Origin: Podarcis bocagei
Taxonomy: Eukaryota
DNA: 64,000 nucleotides
Assembly (NCBI GenBank): GCA_964188305.1
Contig: OZ076893.1
Direction: 5' to 3' (one strand)
Below are positions 54,106 to 64,000 of the stretch, piece after piece; the first letter of the stretch is position 1, and each line of letters starts with the position of its first letter. Under the pieces are notes generated by a model. The model was not told the origin of the DNA. It saw only the letters and a list, made by a program, of their open reading frames with translations, and did no database searches. The position numbers and the translations under genes were made by a program.

Positions 54106-54603
54106 CAGTGTTTCCCAAACGTTTTTGGGCAACGGCACACCTGCTTACCAGAAAAAAATCTCGCGGCACACCACCATTAAAGCCCCGCCCCCGTGACGTC
54201 AGCGCGCAGCGTCACGCCGGGAGGGACGCACAAAAATGAAAGTTTTTTCCCTCCCCCTTGCCGGGGTGGGAGGAGGCAGCAGAGCGAGGGCAGCTGAGGC
54301 GGCGGCGGCAGCTGAGGCGGCGGCGGCTGCGATAGCGGGCGGAGGAGGAGCCGTCGCCGGGAGTTGCTGCTGCTGCTGTTGCTGCTGCTGCCCGGACATG
54401 CCGGCCTCCTCCTCCTCTGCTGTCTCGCGCTCCTCCCTTTTGCGCGCGCTGCCCCGCCGCTCGGCACGACCACCGCGGAGCCGCCCCGGCTCGACGCGGA
54501 TCCTCGCCGCCGCCGCCTCTCGCCGCCGCCTCCCTCCCACGGCACACCAGCCGGTGTCTCACGGCACACTAGTGTGCCGCGGAACACCGGTTGGGAAACA
54601 CTG
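54106..54603. mobile_element. Non-autonomous hAT (Charlie-like) element with GC/CpG-rich cargo
   Basis: TIR cagtgtttcccaa/ttgggaaacactg, 8-bp TSD ATTTAGAA (54098-54105, 54604-54611) and subterminal cggcacac repeats at both ends. Confidence 0.93.
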
Positions 54604-54906
54604 ATTTAGAAGTACAACTAGATCATACATGTGAAGTACTTAAGATACCTGAAAGTGCATCATCATCATCATCATCATTTCACCTACTTTCCTCCATTTC
54701 TTCAGATAAGAAAGAAACAGTTATAACTAACTACATTGTATTAGAAATAAAATTCTACTGAAATCAATGGCATTTCCTTCCAACAAAACTTGTTTAGGTT
54801 CTAGGTATAAGAAATTAAGCCACCAGACTTAAGTTTTACTGCTGAACATCATTTCCTAATGTCCAGTTCATCCATCCCTTTTGACTAGCATTACAGTCTT
54901 CCGTGT

Positions 54907-55293
54907 GGGAGTGGGTGGCACTGTGGTCTAAACGACTGAGCCTCTTGGGCTTGCTGATCGGAAGGTCAGCGGTTTGAATCTGCGTGATGGGGCAAGCTCT
55001 GGTTGCTCTGTCACAGCTTCTGCCAACCTAGAAGTTCAAAAGCACAGCAGTGCAAGTAGATAAATAGGTAGCACTGCAGCATGAAGGTAAATGGTGTTTC
55101 CGGGTGCTCTGGTTTCCGTCACGGTGTCCTGTTGCACCAGAAGTGGTTTAGTCATGCCAGCTACATGACCCGGAATGCTGTCTGTGGACAAACGCCGGCT
55201 CCCTCAGCCTGAAAAGAGAGATGAGCACTGCAACCCCATAGTCATCTTTGACTGGACTTAACTGTCCAGGGGTCCTTCACCTTTACCTTTACC
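54907..55293 (+). mobile_element. Sauria SINE, full length
   Basis: Head gggagtgggtggcactgtggtctaaac and (ACCTTT)n tail. Confidence 0.9.
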
Positions 55294-55772
55294 TCTCCCC
55301 CTTTTTTTTACAATCTTCTGTAGAACGTGAAGTATGGTTTAAAAAGAAATGCATTCTTCATCTTCAGTATGAAGATTGCAGTATATCTAATTCAATTGCA
55401 GCATATCAAATGCACTGTGGTAACATTTTCTCAGCAGCTGAATTTAAACAACGGTAGGTCAAAGATACATGAGCTTTGCCATTCATTGCAATACCTGTAA
55501 TGCCTGCAAAAGTAGACTGACAGCACTAGACATCTGATCATTCCATGTATAAACTATGGGGAAGGATTCTAAAACAGGTAGAACACTGTTTATGGAATAG
55601 TAAATATCAGAAACATGATGAGTGTTAAAGCAGTTTTAGGAAGCCCATGGCAAATGTCAGACATTCAGAAAATTTTAACCTTTATTGTATCTTCATTTTA
55701 TCAGATGTGTGTGTCACCAGTGCCAGAGCTTCTAGGTAAGCTACCGCATCCAAAATCATAAATACAAAGTTT

Positions 55773-56127
55773 GTTGTTGTTTAGTCGTTTAGTCGTGTCT
55801 GACTCTTCGTGACCCCATGGACTGGAGCACGCCAGGCACTTCTGTCTTCCACTGCCTCCCGCAGTTTGGTCAGACTCATGTTTGTAACTTCGAGAACACT
55901 GTCCAGCCATCTCATCCTCTGTCGTCCCCTTCTCCTTGTGCCCTCAATCTTTCCCAATATCAGGGTCTTTTCCAGGGAGTCTTCTCTTCTCATGAGGTGG
56001 CCAAAGTACTGGAGCCTCAGCTTCACGATCTGTACTTCCCGTGAGCACTCAGGGCTAATTTCCTTAAGAATGGATGCGTTTGATCTTCTTGCAGTCCATG
56101 GGACTCTCAAGAGTCTCCTCCAGCACC
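55773..56127 (-). mobile_element. RTE-BovB LINE 3' fragment
   Basis: ORF ...LRVPWTARRSNASILKEISPECS...KLRLQYFGHLMRREDSLEKTLILGKIEGTRRRGRQRMRWLD, (CAA)n tail and TSD ATACAAAGTTT (55762-55772, 56128-56138). Confidence 0.95.
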
Positions 56128-56800
56128 ATACAAAGTTTAAAACACAAAACTACATTCCATTAAACAGCAAATGACAACCATTCCATTGAAGAAAACTAAA
56201 TAAATGAGGAATCTCATAGCAAAGTAACACACACACACCAGGTGCACCATCTAGGGGGGTGAGGATTTGAGGGCCCCCAATTTTATGCAGGGGACCAGCC
56301 CCCTCAATATTCTGCAGCCCATTTGGCCTTCCCATGGCCATGACAGGCCCTGTCAGGTCTACCTGCGGCCACAACAGGCTCTGCCAAGCTGTCCCACGGC
56401 TGCAACATGCCCTGCTGGCCTACCTGCAGCCACAATTGATACTCTCAAGTATTGATTCAACATCACTTATTCCAGCTGATGAACTCCCACCCCCACACAC
56501 AAAAATAATTTCTCTGCCTTATTTGGATTAATCCTCAGTTGATTAGCTTCCATTCAATTCATTGCTACAATTAGGTACCTGTCCAGCACCCTTATGAAAT
56601 ATCCACTGAGATCAAAAGAGAGATGGAGTTATACGTTGTCTGCTTATTGCTGTCATTGCACTCCAAATCTCCAGATAACACCATTCAGCAGTTTCATTCC
56701 ATTTTGGTCCCTTGGGGTTTGGGTTATTTGGCGCAGTGTTTCCCCGCTCTTGCCTAGTTTGTAATGTGCTTGGATGCCACAATTAAGAGTTTTCAGGGAG

Positions 56801-56915
56801 AGGTAGCCATGTTAGTTTGTTGCAGCAAAGACCAAGAGACATTTGGTACCTTAAAGACTAACTTTGGTTTATTAAGGACTACAGTGAACTGCACCAGATG
56901 CAATGAAGTATTATC
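56801..56915 (-). mobile_element. Old Penelope-like terminal-repeat remnant
   Basis: aggtagccatgttagtttg...ggtaccttaaagactaac is a diverged version of the motif at 50811 and 50601. Confidence 0.65.
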
Positions 56916-57064
56916 CTGTATGACAGTGGCAGAGGGAGTGGGAGATTGACACACCAGGTAATGAGAAGAGAGGTTAGGCAGTTGGAAGGCTATTACTCTT
57001 CTAGTCTTTCAGCCAGGGTCCCTTTGATTGTCCTGTCGTCACTCCATTTGGTCTCTCTAGGTGT

Positions 57065-57270
57065 TGTTGCTGAAAGCCAGGCAAAGAAACAGGGAAACAT
57101 CCAGGCTATGATATAGGATAAGCACATTGGCCTAGCATGCATCACTAAAACGTGGACATATGAAAAGGGTTGGGATTAAGTTTTCACAATTTAATACAGC
57201 AGGTTTATCTGTGCGATAGAAGCACAGACCCAACAGTTAGGAAAGGGGTTTGCTGTTGTCCCTGAAGATT
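57065..57270 (+). mobile_element. Decayed L2 AP-endonuclease fragment
   Basis: Reads IQAMI*DKHIGLACITKTW, then a frameshifted RGFAVV. Matches the APE motifs DLACITETW and GRGGGVAVV. Confidence 0.6.
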
Positions 57271-58625
57271 CCCTTATCCAGCACTCTGCCAAATCAACTT
57301 ATATGCTGGGACTGCCGATTTCTGGCGCATCTCAGGGATTTGTAGTCTCTGGTAGGTAATAAAATCTCAGTAGATCAGTTTCAGTGATCTGGGTATGAAA
57401 TAATTTAACTTGGTTCCCTTCCCTTGGACAAATTGTTACCTAGTAAGATTTAGGGTCACAATGAACTACAACTCTGCTGGATTAGGGCACCTATTAGAAT
57501 GCCATGTCATTGTATATTGATAGATCTAGGCTTTCTGATGCTTCTGGTTTTGGGCTCTTGGCAATATCAGTCATTGGTACGTGTCATTTAAGAAATCTCA
57601 GGGCAATTTAGTATTTTTTATTCTGAAGTATTTTGATCATTCCCTACCCCACCCATAAATACTTTTGCTTAATCAATTTAATTGTTTGTAGTATTTGGTA
57701 TGTCTGCTATACCTTGTGTTCAAAAGAGATTATTAATCCTTTGATCAAGTCAATTCCTTTCCAAGAATACTGTTCATCTGCCACAAAGGACCAGTTATTA
57801 TTTCTACTCCTGCTTCATCTTGATTTATTTCAGAGGTCTGCAAGGAAAAGTTTGTCAGCAGCTTCAATAGCAGTTGCAAACTGGCTTTTATCCCCTGACC
57901 ATACTTTTTCGATGGTCAATTCAAAAACACTAGCTATTGTTTTGTGTCACATCAAACTAGCCAGAGGAACAAAAAGTATTCGAGAGGATTTTAAGAAACT
58001 AGTAACCCACTCAGTCTACGTCTAGATTTTCAAACCGATTGCTCATGGTGAATACCTCCTGATAGTAGTAGTGCCATCACCCAGTCACCAAGATAAAAGC
58101 TGTTGGGATCTTGTGGTTCAAGTCGGTATGGTGCCTCTACAACAGATTCATACTCTAGCTGGTCTTAAGAAAAACTTGATGAATTTGATCAGCATGGTTC
58201 CTTTTTATCCAAAAGGAATTTGTACATGGATCACCTGGGATCTTATTTAGAGTGCAATTCAATTGAGGGGGTTAGATTGGGTGTAGGCATCCCTCCATCC
58301 TGCCCTGTCAGCCCTCACCAAGCTATGCCAGGGGAGTGATGCCAGTAAAACTGCTAGTGCAGAGCTCCCCCTTCCTTCCTGCCTGCAGGCAGGCAGAAGT
58401 ACTGCTGGCAGGATCCTTGGTTGCAGCAGCCAGCAAAAAGTCTGAAAATGGGGCATTCTGGGGACCAGGAATGCCTGATACTTGTTGGTATCAGGCCCAG
58501 TCTGCACCCATTCTTATGCCAGTTGTAGGCTGGAACAGATATTTTCATACCTTTTCCGCGGAGCTTCCCCTTCACAGCGCAAAGGGGACCGCCATTACTG
58601 TTTCACGCCGCCTCCGGAAGTCTCG

Positions 58626-58667
<42 letters not shown>

Positions 58668-59249
58668 TAATGCCCAGTACCTACATTTTATCCACTGAAA
58701 CTCGATAGGACTAGACTTAATTGATTAGCTTTGCCCTGACCTCTCACATATATTTGAATATCTGATAGAAATACTAGATAAATATTTGGGTCAGGTATGG
58801 CTTTCTCAGTACATTAGATTTACCAGCATACTGCTCCACCTTCAAATACTTCCATGTGAATAAAGCAGCAATAAAAAACAGTGTGGTGCAAGAAACAAGA
58901 CACAAACGTGTTGTAAATATGTTATAAGTAGTGCAGGTCAAAATCACACTACAGTAATGATGAATGGCTGGGCAGCATTTGGTTAATGTTGTGTGTTGCT
59001 AGCAGTCTCAAAATCTATGCTATAAAACAAATTGTAATGACATGATAATGCCAAAAAGGAACAGAAATAGACATAGCTTATTTTTCTTTAATTCACAGCA
59101 GCTACACAGCTGAAAAAAATTCTTAGCTATATTTTTGTTCACAACAATGTTTTCTTTCAAAACTAAAAAAGGCATGTTCCTCGGCAAATTAGTGAATATG
59201 AAGCTATTTCACAGTTAAAGAGAAATTGTATTTTAATGATTTCACATAC

Positions 59250-59838
59250 CATTCTAGGCTGCAGTAGTATAGTGTCCAGATCAAGGGAAATAAGAGTACC
59301 ATTCTCTTCTGCCTTGGTCAGACCACACCTGGAATACTGTGTCCAATTCTGGGCACCACAATTTAAGAAGGTTATTGACAAGCTGGAATGTGTGCAGAAA
59401 AGGGCAGCCAAGATGACCAAGGGTTGGGAAACCAAGCTTTATGAGGAACGGTTAAGGGAAGCGGGTATTAGTCTGGAAATGAGGAGACTGAGAGGAGATA
59501 TGATAGCCATCTTTAAATATCTTAAGGGCTGTCACTTGGAAGATGGAGCAAGCTTATTTTCTCCTGCTCTGGTGGGCAGGACCCGAACCAATGGCTTCAA
59601 GTTACAAGAAAGGAGATTTTGACTAAACATCAGAAAAAACTTTCTGACAAGTAAGAGCAGTTCAACAGTGGAACAGACTACCTCAGAAAATGGTGAACTC
59701 TCCTTCCTTGGAGGTTTTACAGCTGAGTTTGGATGGCCATCTGTCATGGATGCTTTAGCTGAGATTCCAGCATTGCAGGGGGTTGGGCTAGATGACCCTC
59801 CAACTCTACAGTCCTATGATCCTATGATACAGTCCTAT
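59250..59838 (+). mobile_element. CR1 LINE 3' fragment
   Basis: ORF 59236-59622: [36 protein letters not shown]...[14 protein letters not shown]. ctatgatcctatgat tail. Confidence 0.94.
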
Positions 59839-59910
59839 GAGAAAAGGGAAAGGATAAGTCTGGCCAGGTAGTTGAGGATTTAAGTGGGTAGGAAGTGATG
59901 AAGAAGCCCT

Positions 59911-59956
<46 letters not shown>

Positions 59957-60148
59957 GGGAGCAGGCCCTTCAGTATCCTGATTATGATGAGTGGTGGAAG
60001 GAACAAAAAGAAGATGGCCAACCAGATGCCTGTGAGAAGGCCATAAGCAGAATATGAGTTTAATAGCCTTCTCCCACTTTCAGTCCCTGGCAACTGGTAT
60101 TCAGAGACACACTGCCTCTGACACTAGAGATGAAGAATGCTTCCTGGC

Positions 60149-60561
60149 TGTGATGGCTTGAGAATACTCTTCGCAAGAAGTGCTTCTGCTCACTCAGAGA
60201 TACATAGATACAGCCTTTATTTTACATATGTACAAGCAGCACACATAATTACACGTCCGAATCCTGTGAGTCAGATTCCCGGAGTGATTTATGTCCGCCC
60301 CTTTTCCAGCAGAAGAGGTGCGGCATTCTCAACTGATGTCTCTGCCCCCTCCGCTTTAACCCTCTCCGTTCCTGAGCAGATGGAACTGACACTGCATCGC
60401 TATCCGTGCCAGAACTTCCTGTGCGGGGTTGAGGCTCTGCTCCAGCATCTGAGAGCCTTTCCTCCTCCTGGCTTCCCCCCCTTTCCTGCACTGGCTCTTC
60501 CTGCCCCCCTTCGTCTGCTCGTCTCTCCTCCTCCCCTTCGTACTCCATCAATACCATGACA
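60149..60561 (-). mobile_element. Solo LTR (413 bp)
   Basis: TG...CA ends with 7/8 terminal inverted match (TGTGATGG/CCATGACA). Flanks CTGGC/CTGAC suggest a 5-bp TSD with 1 mismatch. AATAAA on the minus strand near 60216-60221. Confidence 0.7.
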
Positions 60562-61625
60562 CTGACTAGTAGCTTTATGACCAGTGTGCCTGATCAAACC
60601 GCTGCCCAGGGGCTAACTGTTGATGGACAACTTTGGGGCCCCTGACCTCCCCTCTTCAACTGGACTTGGACTAGACACCCCTTCAAATAGAATATTTCTT
60701 CAAATAGTGCGCTGTCCTATGTCAGGTAGGACAGGTACCCACATTAGAAGTTAAGCTTCTAGTAAAATTAGAAAGCAGGTATTGTGCCAGTTTTCACAAC
60801 CCTCTTGGAACAGAAAGCTGGAGGCTGATTACTCATGATGCCTTTGAATCCATACTGAAGTCCTCTGAGCAGTGCATCCTGTACCCTAAGTACAGAACAT
60901 GCTGCTCAGCATGACCACACAACTCACATAAAGTAGGTGGCACAAGGAATACGTCCAGTTGCAGTCTGCGGGAAAGAACTTGAACAATTGCTTCATTGCA
61001 GACTCAAGGGGAAACACAATTCCCTCTCACCCTCTCAGCAGCAAGTACATCAGCAAGGAGGCACTTCAGGTGTTTTGTGGATGGAAATAGGCAAGATGTG
61101 GCTCACCGCACAGAGTCACTCTCCTCAAACTGGGCAAAAACTGAATCTCCACTAGCAAAAGCTCATTTGCAAAGGTTTTACTAGGAGGGGTTAAATAAAG
61201 CTAGAAAGTTCTTCTGCCTTCAAATGCCAATCAATGACAGACATTTAATGCTTGTTTCAGTTCAATTATATCTATATTTATTTTTGTTCATATTGTTGCA
61301 TGCCACCCCAATCTCCAAGTGGTGCAAGATTCCTGGTGCTAATCCAGAGTTCAGTTTCCTCAGAATGAGGGGCAGTGGAGACTGTGGTGTCTTTATGATA
61401 TGTGGTTTATTTACACTTATATGCAACCTGAGCCTATGATAGAGGAGGGGCTCACAGCATTAACAGCTCAGAAGGTCTTTCTTCTCCCATGACCACAGCC
61501 TTAGATTCCAGCAGAAATCAACCATGGCTCTTCCTCTCTGGCTTCAGCCTGTGGCCTTCTTCCAGCTCTCTCACACAAACACACAACCCGACTTTGGCTT
61601 TTTTCTTCCTAACTATCAGCTAGTT

Positions 61626-61665
61626 AAAATAAAAACTATGGCAGACCAACACGGCTACCTATCTG
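61626..61665 (+). mobile_element. 40-bp Penelope-like micro-insertion
   Basis: actatggcagaccaacacggctacctatctg is identical to 50885-50915. 13-bp TSD CTATCAGCTAGTT (61613-61625, 61666-61678). Confidence 0.85.
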
Positions 61666-61744
61666 CTATCAGCTAGTTGAAGAAGGGGAGGACTACCTAA
61701 TTGCTATCTAGCACAGAACTGCTTCCTTTGTTACCTTAACAAAC

Positions 61745-61887
61745 CAGTGCTTTTTTTCTGGGGGCGCACTGCAGTTTACATACCCCTAAACATTTTGTGA
61801 ATCTAAGTTTGACCTCATGGAGGGGCAGTATTTCAGTATAAGTAGGAAAATGAGAGTACCCCTAAACATTTTTTTAAAAAAGCACTG
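61745..61887. mobile_element. hAT MITE
   Basis: TIR cagtgcttttt and 8-bp TSD TAACAAAC. Inverted sister of 14613-14761. Confidence 0.92.
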
Positions 61888-62622
61888 TAACAAACCATAC
61901 TTAGGCAACCATTACCAAGAAGCTAACCTGGCTATTCCAACAATTCAATCCTTGCTGGATTTAGAAATTAGGAGGGACTCAGGCACACAGCCTAACCCGC
62001 TCCCAAACTCACAAAACTATTTTTGGAGTAACAACTGACATTTTATGGAATAATATAAAAACATTTTAAATAAGCTTTAGGTGATAGTCATAAATACTGA
62101 TCACTTTAAAAATGATAACTGAAACACTATGATTTAGAGTTTTCCACCAGGGGGCACTTGGAAATCTTGCATGATACAGTTTCAAAAACAGAAAGTGAAC
62201 TCATTACAGACAGTCTTAAAAGAATGCACACATCTAGACTTCCGGCTATGTAAGTAGGGCTAAAAGGACTAAAGCCACCACGCCCACATTATAGAACACG
62301 TCAGCCACTCCACACATCACATTTTCCCAGTTTCTAGGCAACCTTTCTCTCAAATTTAAACATAAGGGGAATTACAAATCTGAGGAATACTGAAATATTA
62401 TTCCTATCTGTCTCCTAACAATCTGTGTGATTATCCCAGAAAAAAGAACAGTTGTGCCACACTTTAAAGATGTTGTGAGCTACAATGTGTTGGTACAAGG
62501 GGAAAAAATATAGGTAAAAAAGGAGAATTCATGGATGCCAAGATTCAAGTCTGAGGCAAGTACTCTTTGGTGAGAGAACCCCAGCAAAGATTTAAAATCA
62601 CAAAATATGCAGCAAAGCTTGG

Positions 62623-62668
62623 AAATATCCTTTAGACCTTTAAAATATCCTTTAGACCTTTAAAATAT
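62623..62668. repeat. 20-bp tandem duplication
   Basis: AAATATCCTTTAGACCTTTA x2 plus a partial third unit. Confidence 0.9.
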
Positions 62669-64000
62669 GCCCATCTGAATTCCTTCCAAAGTTCCCCTCT
62701 TCCCCAACATAGAAAAAGACCACACATTTTGTAAGTTAAAAATAGTTTACTTGCAAACTTTCCAAAGGTCAGATTTATGTGCTTTTTAATACAGCATTCA
62801 GGAAAAGTTATGGAAGCAACTTGGCTTAGTTACAGTGGTGAGGTGAAAGTTCCTAAATTATTGGTATAGGATCTCAACAGTGGTTTGTAAGTGCCATGCG
62901 GTCTGAGCTGTAGCAACCAATTTAGACCTCCTCACATGTTGAGCTACTTAGGTAGACTGGGGCTGCGGAGCAGGGGGGAGGCTTGATTATGTAGGTCCTC
63001 CCAAGGTGACCTATGCCTGACAGGACAGCTTACTCTATGGTTTTAACCCCTCCCCTCATGCATTACTTAGACTTAAGGATGTTGGTTATACGAGGCTGGT
63101 TATCCCACACAACTCCCATCACCCAAAACATATGGAGGGCACCATGTTTCCTGCCTCTGCTTTAAACAAAGTGGACTATAATCTTTTTCTGACATTGAGA
63201 GTTCCTGACTAGTGTTCTTTTGCAGTTTAGCCTATTGTGGGTGCCCCCCTCCCAATCTCTTCATTTTCTTTCTTTCAGTTGTCAGTTAAATAAACATATG
63301 TTTGAATGAGCTATATAATATATTAATGAGTAGCAGCTAAGATCACACACACACACACACACACACACACTGAAAAACAGGTAGCAACCTTAGATGCCCT
63401 ACCCGCTAATTTGCATATCACTGTTCATTCATGTCCATTTTTTAAATGGCTGATCACTGGATAGCAGGATGAAAAGAAGTCAAAGAAAGTCTGCTTAAAC
63501 AGCAAGCCTTGAGGAGGAATGCAAAGTCTAATTGCTATCATTAAGGGCAAGATTGCACATTACAGTTTTGCAAATGAACCATTGCCATGTACTGAAACCA
63601 TTCCCGTATATTTAGATGGATGATCATAATATGTGACCTCCAGCTCTGTATGAAAGCCCCATGAAGTCAACACTAGAATTCCAAATTTGGCAAATCAGAC
63701 TCATATTACCAAGTCACCCATTATTTTAGTGCAAAATTACAAAGGTGCTCCTTAAATTTAACCCTAACATAATAGATATACATATATACAATAATATATA
63801 TATAATATTACAAAATAAAAATGAATACATCCATGATTTAAATTGCAAATATATGAAAGCCTAATAAATAATAAAGCCAAACATTCTCAACAGGGATATT
63901 AAATTCTGTGGTGGTCATTATGTTGTCTTCTCAATATAGACAGACATTCACTTATCCACTGCATGATTGAGGGAAGAAGGAAGTATTCTTATGGGCAACA

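Noticed and set aside
56870-56905. Possible hammerhead ribozyme in the Penelope remnant
   Set aside because: The minus strand reads CTGGTGCAG where CTGATGA would be needed, and no GAAA core follows; decayed. The 50.6 kb copy does not include that segment.
1-64000. CRISPR arrays, operons, rRNA genes or other prokaryote-type systems
   Set aside because: No regularly spaced repeat-spacer array and no dense coding; the DNA is clearly intron-rich vertebrate sequence.

Overview
Vertebrate genomic DNA from a squamate reptile. The repeat set (Sauria SINE, tRNA-Lys/CR1-tail SINE, RTE-BovB, young L2, Penelope-like, hAT and Tigger-like MITEs) suggests a lacertid-type lizard. The only supportable host gene is the 5' part of NOL4 on the minus strand: coding exons 43944-43660 (285 nt), 11303-11154 (150 nt) and 2530-2419 (112 nt). 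All have GT-AG sites and splice in frame; the gene continues off the left edge. There is a large promoter CpG island (~42960-46800) and a second CpG island in intron 1 (~27770-28960) with RFX X-box-like palindromes. The rest is intronic or intergenic DNA dense in transposon remnants. Most long ORFs in the track are artefacts of GC-rich or repeat sequence. The most unusual items are four. (1) A young non-autonomous hAT element (54106-54603, 13-bp TIRs, 8-bp TSD) carries an undecayed CpG-island cargo with a GC box, a CRE and an apparent captured 5'UTR plus polyQ/polyA N-terminus. (2) NOL4 exons 2-3 encode an integrase-type HHCC zinc motif. (3) Two Penelope-like insertions share an identical 3' end, 13-bp TSDs and 5' inversions. 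(4) NOL4 intron 1 contains a candidate poison cassette exon. Family names and orthologue comparisons are from recall; no searches were run.
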